DNA from: Candidatus Latescibacterota bacterium
GTDB lineage: Bacteria; Latescibacterota; UBA2968; GCA-2709665
NCBI GenBank assembly: GCA_965203805.1
Contig: OZ241917.1
Location: 1,504,001-1,568,000 of the forward strand
Length of the DNA stretch: 64,000 nt
Direction of reading: 5' to 3'
In this document: one piece after another, positions 9,703 through 20,011 of the stretch
Numbering within the stretch: the stretch's first letter is position 1
Layout: each line of letters begins with the position of its first letter
The notes under the pieces: model-generated
Database searches by the model: none
What the model was told of the DNA's origin: nothing
Seen by the model: the letters and a program-made list of their open reading frames with translations, nothing else
Program-made: the position numbers and the translations under genes

Positions 9703-11830
9703 GAACATCCCTTTGGGATCATCAAACACCTGTGGGGCTACCGAAAGGTCAGGTATCGCGGTCTGGCGAAGAATACGGCGCATCTGTTCACCTTGTTTGC
9801 CTTGGCTAACTTCCATATGGCACGTCAGGAACTGGCTACTACATAGGCACCCGTGCCTCCAATTCGGACGCTGGCGGCCAAAATGGCCGGCACCGAGCGC
9901 ATCCGGGGCCGGAATCACCCGTGCAAACCCGAAAGATGACGACCCTCTCAACATAAACAGCCTCCGAAACGACCCATAAGTTACAACTTGCTCATTCCCT
10001 CTGGTTGATCAGAGGTTCCTCAAGCAGTTTCGCCATCTTCTCCGCTTCTGCCATCAATACGTGGGGCAAATAGGGATCCAACGCGGGGTGATGGCCAAGC
10101 GTCAGGTCGTTGACATCGACATTGGGCGTATGTTTGTCCACAAAGTCATTCAACAGGTTCCGGCAGTGATGGGCCAGAAACTGAGAAGGTCCCGAAGTGT
10201 CACCGAGGAGGCTCCACGCCTCCTCCCGTACCCACAGGATTGCGTCAATTGCTCGTTCTAGCGTTCTTTCCTCGTTCTCCAGGCGGACTGCCTTTGTTTC
10301 TACAGCGGTAATCCTCGTGTTCATGCTGTGCAAGAGTTCGGACCGCATTTGAGGTTCGTATTCGACGAGATACTGTTCCAGCTCTTCGGGAGGCATATGT
10401 GGCCATGGGTCTTTTCCCTGAACCAGATAGCGATGTCCGTGAAAGTCCATCTCGGCAACGTACTTTCGGTGGCAAGGCGTCTTGACGGGTCCCACCTCAA
10501 GTGAGCGACTGTACCTCTCTGTAATCAGCTTATCACGGTAGAACGGCAGGGTTACCGTCACATCATCCCTTTTGAATGGGAAATTCCATTTCTTGGGGGA
10601 CCGCCACGTCATATCCGCCAAGTGCGGTGGCAGGTGATGTGGAAAGAAGGCCGGCATTGCCGTGATTGGCCTTACCTGTACGACGTAGATGCTTTCCCCT
10701 ACGACCACCCACTCAACGTCGACACGTGTATCAAAGACCCGGTCGATCTGCAGACCTACCTGAGCGATTTGTCTCGCAATATGGTCGCTCAGTGACGGTT
10801 CGCGCTGCTGATCTGAAGGGATGTCAATATTGTCAATGCCGCTGACACCCGGGATCAAGGCGTTTTTCTTCGTCGAAATGTCTCGACCCATGATATCTCC
10901 CGTATTCCATTCAAACAGGAAACGGTCAACTGGAATTTGGCCGGTAGACGTCATCAGATCGCGAGCCAGACCGAAGGACGACTCCAAAACGAACCGCCAC
11001 GGATTTCCCGTCAGTGGGTCTGCGGTGAACAGTACGCCGGCGCTATCGGCTGGTAGGAGTGACTGAACGAGGACGGCCATAGCGTCCGGCTCAGGCTCAA
11101 TGCCCATTTTCCGTTCGTATTCGAGTGCGAGTGGCACCCAGGCAGCACACCAGCACTTTTTAATCGCATGCAGAAGTTCATCGAGCGCTCGGATGCCAAG
11201 GAAACTCTCATAAACGCCCGCAAAGCTCGCACGGACCGAGTCCTCGTTATTGGTTGAAGAACGCACGGCCAATCCATAGGGAGCATTTGCAAATAGCCCT
11301 TCGGCAAACGGCGCAATCGCGTCGATTAAGGGTCGTGGGAATGAAGCTGCCAGTAGTCTTGGTAGAAATGCCTGATAATTCACAACACGTGCAGAATGTG
11401 TCAGACCCCTGGAACACTGAATGAGTCTTCGTACATGATTAGAAAGGTCGGATCGTGCAAGAAACAGGTTAAGTGCGTTCCGGGTGATTATAAATCCTGG
11501 AGGCACGTGGAATCCGTGTTCAATGGTCTTGCCAAGATTTGCCGATTTTGCGCCGACTAAGGAAGATTTCAGCCCAGGTTGAAGTTGGATGACCAGCTTA
11601 CCCGAATGAGAATTTCGAGGCATATTTTCGCACCGTTCCTTTCCACCGCCCTGACACAAAAAAGGATGCGCACAGGACGACATAATCGTGAGGTAAGTTT
11701 ATCTCACGGGTTATATCAGCCTATCCGCACCCTTGAGATCATCAAAAGTGCTATGGACGGCAGGATTTTATTGTTGGTGTAATATAGGAAAAACGCCCCG
11801 GCACGTCAAATGTAGTACAGGGCGTTGTTA

Positions 11831-11853
11831 CCCTTCGACAAGCTCAGGACAGG
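11831..11853. repeat. TTCGACAAGCTCA-type short repeat
   Basis: Related copies at 34484-34500, 34527-34541, 34669-34683. Confidence 0.65.
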
Positions 11854-11907
11854 CTCACAGTACTGACTCGGTACCGATCTACATAAGTCGGCGTCCATTT
11901 TGTATTC

Positions 11908-11932
11908 GTAGGGGTGACCCTTGTGGTCGCCC
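11908..11932 (+). repeat. GTAG-type REP palindrome
   Basis: GTAGGGGTGACCCTTGTGGTCGCCC; inverted relatives at 62704-62728 and 39359-39476. Confidence 0.75.
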
Positions 11933-12025
11933 TGGTGTAAGGCAAACAGGCAACATCCTTCGACATCAACCTGACTCTTCGCTGTCGAAGGACGGTATAA
12001 TGTCTCCCCTCCCCTGAACGCCTCG

Positions 12026-12946
12026 TCAAACGTTCTCCTCGTTGGTTCCCGAAAATATCCTTTGTGCTTCCCGTGGCAGCTCGCAGACATGCACCAGGAA
12101 GGCCATCGCTCGTTCGACGTTTTCCGCCGGAAACCGGTATCGATAGTGATTTCCGACGGCCCTCGCGGCCCTGCTGAACAACCTTTGGATCGCGAACAGC
12201 GACTCCCGAACGTCGTCATAATCGGATCCGGCGTATGTGCGCTCGAACTCACGCCAGTCCTCGGGCTCGAGGTGCTTCTCCAGATCCCTGCCTTCGCTTC
12301 CCAGCGATCTCTCAAACCCCTTCGTGACGCCAATGTACCAACCGAGCATCAGGACGAGATCCTGCCGCAGGCGTTCGACGTGGCACTTCAGGAGGGGAAG
12401 CTTTCGTCGCCACAAAGTCTTCGGGATATGCGAGCCGAGCGTGAAGCAGAACGTGTTGCAGCAGTCGTCGTACCACTTCTGCGTCGGTTCCGTGATGAAA
12501 TGGCTTCGTTCACTGGGATTCGGGAGATCGGCAGTGAGACCGTCCTTGTCCAGCAGAACCCGGGTGAGGCTGTCGAATGGGCGCCTCTCCAGCATGTCGA
12601 CATGCAAGAACGCCATATCGGTTCGATTGCCGTCGGTAAACTGGACGTTGTAGGTATAGCGACCGTCTCGTAGCCCGGGTCGGTAGACCTGATCCTCTAC
12701 TTTCTCTACCAGCAACGGTACTCCAAAGTGCGGAACGACGCGACTCTCTTCTCTGTAGGGTTCGACATCGGTGACGAAGAATGCAATATCGTAGTCCTGG
12801 AAGATGTCCCTCTGGGCGTTCGGGTTGGCACGAGACCCATTCATCACAACCGCACGAATGCGGTCGTCGGACCGGGCGAATTCGACAATCAGCGCCAGCA
12901 CTTCCTCTTCGGTTTGCGTCCTCAAGTGATCCTCTTCACGTCTCAA
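12026..12946 (-). CDS. Aminoglycoside 6-adenylyltransferase (AadK/ANT(6)) family protein
   Basis: IRAVVMNGSRANP..DIFQDYDI, FTDGNRTD, VLLDKD; activity not demonstrated. Confidence 0.88.
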   Translation of the reverse strand: MRREEDHLRTQTEEEVLALIVEFARSDDRIRAVVMNGSRANPNAQRDIFQDYDIAFFVTDVEPYREESRVVPHFGVPLLVEKVEDQVYRPGLRDGRYTYNVQFTDGNRTDMAFLHVDMLERRPFDSLTRVLLDKDGLTADLPNPSERSHFITEPTQKWYDDCCNTFCFTLGSHIPKTLWRRKLPLLKCHVERLRQDLVLMLGWYIGVTKGFERSLGSEGRDLEKHLEPEDWREFERTYAGSDYDDVRESLFAIQRLFSRAARAVGNHYRYRFPAENVERAMAFLVHVCELPREAQRIFSGTNEENV

Positions 12947-13089
12947 AACTGAGACTATCCGGCGCGGAATTCTGTACCGACCATCGTCAGTCCAGTATCA
13001 GTGGACAGACAGAATCCCGCTAGGGGTACTGGAAGTCGCACAGATTGTCTCACGTTGAAATGGCCAAGACTTCTTTTCAGCCTACATCC

Positions 13090-13161
13090 CGTGGGATGGA
13101 GAAGCACAATTGCCGTGGGATGGAGAAGCACAATTGCCGTGGGATGGAGAAGCACAATTGC
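13090..13161. repeat. Perfect tandem repeat, 3 x 24 bp
   Basis: Unit CGTGGGATGGAGAAGCACAATTGC, no spacers. Confidence 0.95.
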
Positions 13162-13184
13162 GCACAAAATCGGGTTCTACGCAC

Positions 13185-14093
13185 TTATCCCGTCCCCACA
13201 AGAACGAGCCCTACGAATAACACGGCGACGCCGATGTACTTAGGAACATATGCAGGTTCTTTAAGAATGAGTATACCCAAAACTGTCCCCATGGGAACGC
13301 TAATTTGCCGAAATGCAACGACATAGCTCACGTTTGAGACAAAGGCGAGACTGATAAGGACCAGGGTATAAGTGGCAAACATGCCGGCCCCCGCCAGTAG
13401 GGCTCGGGATGCCCGCGTTTCCAGAATTTCCCTTACAGCCTTGCGACCACGATGTCGAAATAGAAACCACATCCCCAGCCAGAGAGAGGTCGTAAGGCCC
13501 TCGAAGAAAGCGTATAACATCGCGGCCTGCCACGCTTCAATGGGGAGGGCGGAAGGTTCTCTCAGGCGTCGCAAAGCTTCGTCATCGATGATCGTATAGC
13601 CCGCCGTTGCGAAGGCGGCCGACAATGCAAACAATACAGATGAATTCAGGTAGTTGCCAATTCGAAAATCGCCAAAGCTCTTCATGGGCAGTACAAACAT
13701 CCCAACCACTACCAGCACAATCCCACAGATGCATTGTGCGCTGACTTGGTCCGATCGCTTTAGGAGAATTGTGACAATTATGACCACGATGATTGGAGAG
13801 GACCGCGCGATGGGATAGAGTATGGAAAGGTCTCCCCGACGGTAGGCGTTGGCCAATCCGAGCATATAGAGGGCCTGAACAAAACCTGTTGCGGCAAGCA
13901 GCAGCCATACTGAGGTAGGGAACACTGGAATTGCGGAACCGAATGGAATAAGTGTAGGCATCAAACACAGAAAACCAAACGTGTTGGCCAACAGAAAGAA
14001 AGCAGCGGACGGATGTTCCCGCTTGCCCAGCAAGTTCCAGCCTACGTGAGTTAAGGCCGAGATGAGAATCAGGATGACGGCGGTGAGGGTCAA
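13185..14093 (-). CDS. EamA/DMT family transporter
   Basis: About 10 hydrophobic helices, AYRRGDLSILYPIARS, VAFRQISV..LKE. Confidence 0.92.
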   Translation of the reverse strand: MTLTAVILILISALTHVGWNLLGKREHPSAAFFLLANTFGFLCLMPTLIPFGSAIPVFPTSVWLLLAATGFVQALYMLGLANAYRRGDLSILYPIARSSPIIVVIIVTILLKRSDQVSAQCICGIVLVVVGMFVLPMKSFGDFRIGNYLNSSVLFALSAAFATAGYTIIDDEALRRLREPSALPIEAWQAAMLYAFFEGLTTSLWLGMWFLFRHRGRKAVREILETRASRALLAGAGMFATYTLVLISLAFVSNVSYVVAFRQISVPMGTVLGILILKEPAYVPKYIGVAVLFVGLVLVGTG

Positions 14094-14290
14094 GGCTATA
14101 TTTCTCAGATTCTACGGGGGGTGTCTTCGTGGAGAATACCCTCATTTGGCAGATAGACTCGACGGCTACCAAATCTTGAGTCCACTCCGAAAAGTCGCAT
14201 TTACTTAACCAGGAAAAAGTACTAAATTCGAGGTGTAAACAGGTTGCACTGATTCAGACTGATGTTTGAACACAAAGCAGCGAGGGACCT

Positions 14291-15850
14291 ATGTTTAGAA
14301 GGAGTGCTCCTTCAAGTGCGCCGGATCTGTTTAGCAGTATTGAGTCGCATTTCACAGGTCGGAAGCGGAACCGTCTAAATGATCCGTTGTGCTGGCATAA
14401 TCTGTTTTACGAGCACATCACGTCAAAGGTGGATGAGGATAACTTCCGTGAGGTGTATGCCCCTGGCGTAGGGCGTCCCAATGCGCCGATTCGTCAGTTG
14501 GTGTCGATGATGATCATCAAGGAGGGTTTTGGGTGGAGCGATGCCCAACTTTTCGATCAATGTCGGTTCAACATCCTGGTGATGGGGGCATTGGGGTTGG
14601 TGAATCTTACGGATGAAGTGCCTGTCGAGTCCACGTATTATCTGTTCAAGCAGGCGTTGTATGCGTATCACCTGAAGACCGGTCGCGATCTGATCGGCGA
14701 GACCTTTGTCAGGGTAACAAAGACGCAGGCCAAGGCCTTTGGTGTGTTGGGTCAGCAAATTCGAATGGACAGCCTGCCTGCGCCGAGTTCTGTTCGGCAG
14801 GCAGGTAAGTTGATCGGCTCGAACATTGCGCTTTGTTGTCGGTTGCAGTTGGTGGTGGGTTGCGTACAAGGGTTCTGGAGGTCGTTGGACAAGGCCCAAA
14901 AGGGACGATCATCGGCAACGGATCAGCAGGTTTTGGAGGCTCTGATCCAGGGGAAGCCCCATCAGGTTGTCTACCGTCTCACCAGCGCTGAAAAAGGCGA
15001 GAAGCTACAGGAATTGGGGCTGTTGTTGAGCAGGCTACAAGCGACCTATACCGAGAAAGACAGCGACCAGTACGATCTGATCGTGCGTGTTTTTGGGGAC
15101 CACTATACGGTTTCATCTTCCCCCAAGGAGGTGCTGCCCAAGCCGCATGAAGCGATCTGTTCATCCTCGTTGCAGTCTGCCCATGATGAAGAGGCGGCCT
15201 TTCGTAAGAAAGGGAAGGACAAGGTGAAAGGGTATAGTGTCAACCTCACCGAGACCTGTGATGAGGAGGGCCTCAATTTGATCACGGACGTTGACGTCAA
15301 ACCCGCGACGCGTCCCGACAATGCGTTTGTCCAAGGCGCCATACAGCGGACGCAACAGGTGGTGGACGACGTCGTCGAAGTGTCAATGGATGGGGCCTAT
15401 CATGATCGATCCAACGCCGAGTATGCCGACGAAAACAACAAGCAATTCTATTACAGTGGCCTGCAAGGAAAGCCAGGGCGTTTCAGCTATGAACGCACAA
15501 CAGACGGTGTCAAGGTCACCGATCAACAAACCGGAGAGGTTCACATCGCCCAAGAATACAAACCGGGAAAATACAAAATCACCATCGATGGCAAACCCCG
15601 ATACTTTAAGGAACAACATATCGACAGTTACCTCAATCGCAAACAGATTGAAGCCCTGCCTGACCCCATCAGAAACCGACGCAATAACGTCGAAGCCAGC
15701 ATCTTTCAGTTGAGCTATTACACCAAGGATGGCAAGACGCGCTATCGCGGAGAAAGGCCACACCAACGGTGGGCCTGGTGTCGTGGCCTATGGATCAATC
15801 TGGTTCGGATCAAGAACTACCTCGCTACACCCCCGATGCTCACCGCATAA
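14291..15850 (+). CDS. DDE transposase carrying an 11-aa hairpin-derived insertion
   Basis: GRP motif, RMDS, MDGAY, RNNVEAS, RYRG. Confidence 0.9.
   Translation: MFRRSAPSSAPDLFSSIESHFTGRKRNRLNDPLCWHNLFYEHITSKVDEDNFREVYAPGVGRPNAPIRQLVSMMIIKEGFGWSDAQLFDQCRFNILVMGALGLVNLTDEVPVESTYYLFKQALYAYHLKTGRDLIGETFVRVTKTQAKAFGVLGQQIRMDSLPAPSSVRQAGKLIGSNIALCCRLQLVVGCVQGFWRSLDKAQKGRSSATDQQVLEALIQGKPHQVVYRLTSAEKGEKLQELGLLLSRLQATYTEKDSDQYDLIVRVFGDHYTVSSSPKEVLPKPHEAICSSSLQSAHDEEAAFRKKGKDKVKGYSVNLTETCDEEGLNLITDVDVKPATRPDNAFVQGAIQRTQQVVDDVVEVSMDGAYHDRSNAEYADENNKQFYYSGLQGKPGRFSYERTTDGVKVTDQQTGEVHIAQEYKPGKYKITIDGKPRYFKEQHIDSYLNRKQIEALPDPIRNRRNNVEASIFQLSYYTKDGKTRYRGERPHQRWAWCRGLWINLVRIKNYLATPPMLTA
14773..14805. repeat. 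Hairpin element, 33 bp, in frame
   Basis: CCTGCCTGCGCCGAGTTCTGTTCGGCAGGCAGG; removal restores RMDSKLIGSNI. Confidence 0.92.
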
Positions 15851-16271
15851 GTGGGGCTTTCTTGCAAAAAACTCCATACCATAGGCCCTGAGCACCTTCG
15901 TAGCTTGCCCCAAAGTCGATATGCCGCACCTACAACGTTTTATCGTCCACACACGCTAAATCACAATACCCAACCTTGACCACTTGCACCAGACTCTGAT
16001 AACCCCCGTTTTCGGAGGGGACTCAATCTTACATTGACAAACAAATACCCCTACGTGTCAATCTTTACGTGTCAATCTTATAGTATGACAATTCCTCTTT
16101 GAAAATAGAGAACAACGGAGAGTGCGAACGGGTATAGAACGATGTTTGATGTATCAGGTCGCGCAAAGGCCTCCAATAGAGCCTTGGTTCCTTTCACGAT
16201 GGAACTCCTGCAACCCTCAAAACGGATCAAATCCGGTCTGCCGACTGGACATGATTGGATGCAACTCCGGG

Positions 16272-17282
16272 TTACAATGCGATGGCATCGGATACGAACT
16301 GGCTGAAAGTATCCCGCAAGGCGTGCTGCGACTCCGGCAGTTCAGGCCGCCATTGACGGGCGGCCATCCAACCCTGGGCGATTCTCGTTGCGGCAATCAG
16401 GTCGGGACCCTCAAGGCTCGCGAGTCCGGCTGCCTGGCGCTTGACGGCCATTCTCCGGACGAGGTCCCGGTGGCCCGGCCGATTCCGGTCTCCTGAATTC
16501 AGGACCTGGAGGTACGCCGGGTCCAGAATCCACGGCCGGCGAATCGGGTGGACGTCAATCAGGACCGCGCGGTCGCCCGCGGGAGGCGGCTCTCTCATCA
16601 AACCGTTGCACATGTGAAAGTCATCGAAGCAGGTTTCCGATCCGCATTTTTCGAAGACGAAATCCCAGTGGTCCTCGACTCTCGATAGCAGCACGTCGAC
16701 GGGTCCGGGACATTGCCAGCGAATTGCGCCCTCGAGCCAGCCGGCAACTTCCCCTTGTGTAGTTACATACAACTCAGGGTCGTCGATAGAATCCGCCTGC
16801 TGATAGAACCGGACCCCCGCGTCGAGCATCAGTTCGAACTCCCTGCCGTTCCAGGAATTGCCCAGGGGCCCGAACGGAATGGCTTCCAATGCGATCCAGT
16901 GGACGTCGATATCCCCCAGGCGGGATCCCGCGGCATAGACCGCCGGTGTGAGATCGGGCGCGAGGCGATGGAGTTCCCGGCACCAGAAATTCTCGCGCGC
17001 GCTGGTGCCGACCTTGACAATGACGACAAGGCCCGTTTCCCGGTGCAGACCCCGGAGATGGACCGCGATCAGCCCGTATTCCTGGACGAAGAGCTCGATA
17101 TCGCGCGCGATCGACGTGATTGCTTCCGTCCGGTTCACGACGTGGAGAATCGTACGCAAAACCTCGTCTTCGCGCGAGACCCGTCCGTTACCATCAAAGA
17201 TCCCCACAGCCGAATTTCCCCTTCCTCCTGTCTCGCAGTTCCGAATCGCATCGTACGTTGAAGGAAACACGTTTCGGCACAT
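16272..17282 (-). CDS. Divergent phosphotransferase/kinase-like protein
   Basis: VIVK, DDFHMCN, VLID resemble APH-fold motifs; start uncertain. Confidence 0.55.
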   Translation of the reverse strand: MCRNVFPSTYDAIRNCETGGRGNSAVGIFDGNGRVSREDEVLRTILHVVNRTEAITSIARDIELFVQEYGLIAVHLRGLHRETGLVVIVKVGTSARENFWCRELHRLAPDLTPAVYAAGSRLGDIDVHWIALEAIPFGPLGNSWNGREFELMLDAGVRFYQQADSIDDPELYVTTQGEVAGWLEGAIRWQCPGPVDVLLSRVEDHWDFVFEKCGSETCFDDFHMCNGLMREPPPAGDRAVLIDVHPIRRPWILDPAYLQVLNSGDRNRPGHRDLVRRMAVKRQAAGLASLEGPDLIAATRIAQGWMAARQWRPELPESQHALRDTFSQFVSDAIAL

Positions 17283-17291
17283 CCTCGGTGT

Positions 17292-17639
17292 TCAATCCTC
17301 GAATACCTCCGCCGACAGATCAAAGCTGGGTGTATGGAACAGCAACAGAGTCGACTTCACTGGCGTATCATTCCTGTATCCGAATACCGTACCCTTTGGC
17401 ACCAGGCAGAAGTCTCCCCTTTCCAGATGGTGTTCTCGGGAACCCAATGTGAAACGTACTTCTCCCTCGATCACGAAGTAGTATTTGTCCGAGCGGGTTG
17501 ACCGTGCATTGCGATGGTGAATTCCGGGAGGAATCTCGACCGTGGCCAGTGACGAACCGCGATCATGGCGTGGCGTGTAGTCTCGGATTTCAAGACCTTC
17601 AAGTGTGACTTCTCTTGCAGCCTCAGATTTGACGATCAT
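17292..17639 (-). CDS. Cupin domain protein
   Basis: YYFVIEGE..LERGD..VPKG. Confidence 0.85.
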   Translation of the reverse strand: MIVKSEAAREVTLEGLEIRDYTPRHDRGSSLATVEIPPGIHHRNARSTRSDKYYFVIEGEVRFTLGSREHHLERGDFCLVPKGTVFGYRNDTPVKSTLLLFHTPSFDLSAEVFED

Positions 17640-17832
17640 CTATAGTTCCTATATGTCGATCGATTGCTGTTTTTCGATAGATTCAGCGGAGTATTATGCG
17701 ACAGCACTCAAGGAATCGTGGAGTCTGATTGGTCTGGATGATGTTGCAGGGTTCGCAGGGGTATGGGTTCATTTCAATCGACCGGAAACGCGAGCATTGG
17801 TGCTGCTCTTGGCTTTTTTGTGCATCAGGATT

Positions 17833-17925
17833 TGATCCTGTTCTTGGTTTCTAATCCTGCTTAATCCTTTCAATCCTGTTAATCCTGATCCGTTTTGGTT
17901 CTTTTCCTGTCCATCCATGCAAGAT
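17833..17925. repeat. ATCCTG-rich repeat, related to 46461-46519 and 55952-56037
   Basis: Repeated AATCCTG(T/C)T units and CCTGTCCATCCATG. Confidence 0.6.
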
Positions 17926-17967
17926 TGGGTTTTTGAATTATGGACGCCACGGTCGTCCGCGTATCGA

Positions 17968-19059
17968 TCAGAAGTGGTCCGGTGCCCAGAAGATGACCTC
18001 GCGGCGGGGGAACCACTCGTCGAGTCGGCGAACTTCCTCGGCCGACAGCGAGATGCCGCGGGCGCGGATGATGGGCGCCAGATCGCTGCCGGACGCCTCG
18101 CCAAAGAGAAGCCGGCACATCAGATCGGCAGGCAGCCCGCGTGCCAGCGCCGCCGCGTCGGGTGCGGCCCTTGCGACCAGCGAACCGAGGTCGAAGGGCA
18201 GTACCATCATCGAGTTGTCGCCCGTGATTTCCAGGTCCGCGTCTGCGGCTGCGACCAGTGCGTCGACAAAGGGGTGGCTGTGCGGGATCGCTCCGCCTAT
18301 TCGCGTCACGCCGGCCTCCGCGCACGCGTCAAGCACGAATTGCACAAGAGCATCCAGGGCCGGTCCGTTATCGTAAGCGACCTCATGCACCACGGCGCTG
18401 TTGTCGTCCGCTACCCAGTTGATGTATCCACACAATCCTTCCGGGCCTCGGATGACGGTCGTGGGCAGGACACCCCGCACGCGGGAGGGCGCGTAGTCCC
18501 AGTATGGACGCGGACGCAACATGCTGCCGCTGCGACCGGCGTTGTGGCGCTCATAGAGCGCAACCGTCTCCTCCAGGTCACGCGTCTCGTCGAAGGGTAG
18601 CATCTCCAGCGCGGACCGACCCGGCTTCGGGGCGCCGCGCAACTCGGCCCGAAAACCCGTCAGCGGCACGCAGCACCAGCCGAGACGCAGGTAGAAGCGT
18701 GCCGGGATCGCTGAGAACAGCAGGCCCAGGTCGTAACCATCGTCGCGCATGTACTCTGCGGCATGCGCCATCAACCGCGTCGCGATGCCGCGCTCCCGAT
18801 AGTCGGGATGCGTGGTGACACCGCCAATGCCGCCCATCCGGACGGGTGTGGCCCCCAGATGGACCCGGCGGTCCCAGATCCGCAGCGTCGAGACAATCCG
18901 ACCTCCCACGACAACAACCGGCGTCTGCGACGGACGCCAGGTCGGATCGCCCTTGATGTAGCCCGTGTAGCGCTCCCGGCCCGCGGGATTGTGCACGGCG
19001 CAGAGCAGGTCCAGGAGTTCGTCGAGCTCCGACTCGTGAATGGGGCGAATCGTTTCCAT
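17968..19059 (-). CDS. GNAT acetyltransferase, Eis-like
   Basis: GIGGVTTHPDYRERGIA, FYLRLGW, second GNAT-like half. Confidence 0.88.
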   Translation of the reverse strand: METIRPIHESELDELLDLLCAVHNPAGRERYTGYIKGDPTWRPSQTPVVVVGGRIVSTLRIWDRRVHLGATPVRMGGIGGVTTHPDYRERGIATRLMAHAAEYMRDDGYDLGLLFSAIPARFYLRLGWCCVPLTGFRAELRGAPKPGRSALEMLPFDETRDLEETVALYERHNAGRSGSMLRPRPYWDYAPSRVRGVLPTTVIRGPEGLCGYINWVADDNSAVVHEVAYDNGPALDALVQFVLDACAEAGVTRIGGAIPHSHPFVDALVAAADADLEITGDNSMMVLPFDLGSLVARAAPDAAALARGLPADLMCRLLFGEASGSDLAPIIRARGISLSAEEVRRLDEWFPRREVIFWAPDHF

Positions 19060-19110
19060 GGGAACTGTGATAGAAATGCCGGTGAAGTTCAGCAGCGGGG
19101 GGCGCTGCCG

Positions 19111-19977
19111 TCACCTGGCGATTGTCAGCGACAATCCGTCAAATGCAATTCGGTATCCGTTTGCCGCGGCAAACCGGTCGAGTTGATCGTGTTCCAGGTA
19201 TCCTTCGTGAGAAATGTGGGTCGCATAGGCCTGCGCGCCGTTCTTGAGAAGGCCGTTTCGGCGAAACCGGTCGACATGGTCAATGACGTCGACGGATGCC
19301 AGATGATCCGGCGGACTTGCGTCGATCCCGACGCCGTACGTGTGATCGAGGACCAGCAGATCGAACCGTGTGCCGGCAGACAGCAGATGCTCCCATACCT
19401 GCTCCGATAGGACCGAGGTATCGGTGCCGTAAAATATGGCATGGGTGTCTTGTTCGATCGCGTAGAGGAGTGCCCCCTTAACGGATCCGTGGCTTGCAGG
19501 ATACCCTGTAATCGAATATCTGCCGACCGCGTGTTTCCTGAACGGCTCCAGGATTACCGTGTCGATCCTCAGGACAAGCTGCGTCTGTCGATCGAAGATG
19601 CTGCCGTACTCGCATCTCCGGTCAAGGTCCTCGTCGATCGACCTCAGCGTATCGATTGAACCAGCCAGAATCATATCCTTCGCGACCTGAGTCCCGTAAT
19701 CCGAGTGCCTGGACATCAGAAATTCGGGATCGTAGTGGTCCTCGTGGGCGTGCGTCATGAGGCACACGTCGATACCCGTGAGGCAAACGTCATGGTCGAA
19801 TGACGCGCTGACGACGTCTGAACCGATATCCACCAGCGAATCGTCGTTCACGATCATGGACGACCGCCTGCGCAGGTTCTTTCCCCCTGCCCGCCTCGCA
19901 CCCGTGCACGCCTGGCACACGCAGAAGGGACTTGGCGCCGCAGGTGCGGCCGATGTCCCGAGGAATGTGACTTGCAT
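19111..19977 (-). CDS. Metallo-beta-lactamase-fold hydrolase, PhnP-like
   Basis: FLGT..CVCQAC, THAHEDH, THISH. Confidence 0.88.
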   Translation of the reverse strand: MQVTFLGTSAAPAAPSPFCVCQACTGARRAGGKNLRRRSSMIVNDDSLVDIGSDVVSASFDHDVCLTGIDVCLMTHAHEDHYDPEFLMSRHSDYGTQVAKDMILAGSIDTLRSIDEDLDRRCEYGSIFDRQTQLVLRIDTVILEPFRKHAVGRYSITGYPASHGSVKGALLYAIEQDTHAIFYGTDTSVLSEQVWEHLLSAGTRFDLLVLDHTYGVGIDASPPDHLASVDVIDHVDRFRRNGLLKNGAQAYATHISHEGYLEHDQLDRFAAANGYRIAFDGLSLTIAR

Positions 19978-20011
19978 CGGTTATCCGGTCTCCATTGTGG
20001 AGCATCGCGAA

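Larger units (their letters stand above)
8823..9846 (+). pseudogene. IS5 transposase disrupted by three hairpin insertions
   Basis: VDATII, GMKAHVG, YGDKAY, EHPF, YRGL; removing 27+19+36 bp gives one 313-aa ORF. Confidence 0.93.
8710..10019 (+). mobile_element. IS5-family insertion sequence, 1310 bp
   Basis: TIRs GGAAGCTCTGATTAA / TTGATCAGAGGTTCC; 4-bp TSD TCAA at 8706-8709 and 10020-10023. Confidence 0.95.
7658..11623 (-). pseudogene. PEP-utilising enzyme (PPDK N-terminal ATP-grasp plus C-terminal His swivel; rifampin-phosphotransferase-like architecture) split by IS5
   Basis: VGAKSANL, AVRSS, SFAGVYES, VQVRPIT; C-terminal NHISQIARECGVP, VDGTRG; removing the IS and one TSD restores ...KLLESERERFESLSMDEF in frame. 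Confidence 0.9.
14178..16024 (+). mobile_element. DDE insertion sequence (IS1182/IS5-like), 1847 bp
   Basis: TIRs GAGTCCACTCCGAAAA / TTTTCGGAGGGGACTC; 6-bp TSD AATCTT at 14172-14177 and 16025-16030; family assignment tentative. Confidence 0.9.

Noticed and set aside
9040-9954. 304-aa antisense ORF and similar long shadow ORFs (37639, 42629, 52212, 31441)
   Set aside because: They lie opposite well-supported genes and have no motifs; expected in GC-rich DNA.
11683-11720. attC site
   Set aside because: The hairpin is only about 40 bp and its core site is degenerate; too short to call.
13090-13161. CRISPR array
   Set aside because: Repeats abut with no spacers and there are no cas genes in the window.
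16052-16079. 2 x 14-bp tandem TACGTGTCAATCTT as an operator
   Set aside because: It could be a simple local duplication next to the IS end; no regulator can be linked to it.
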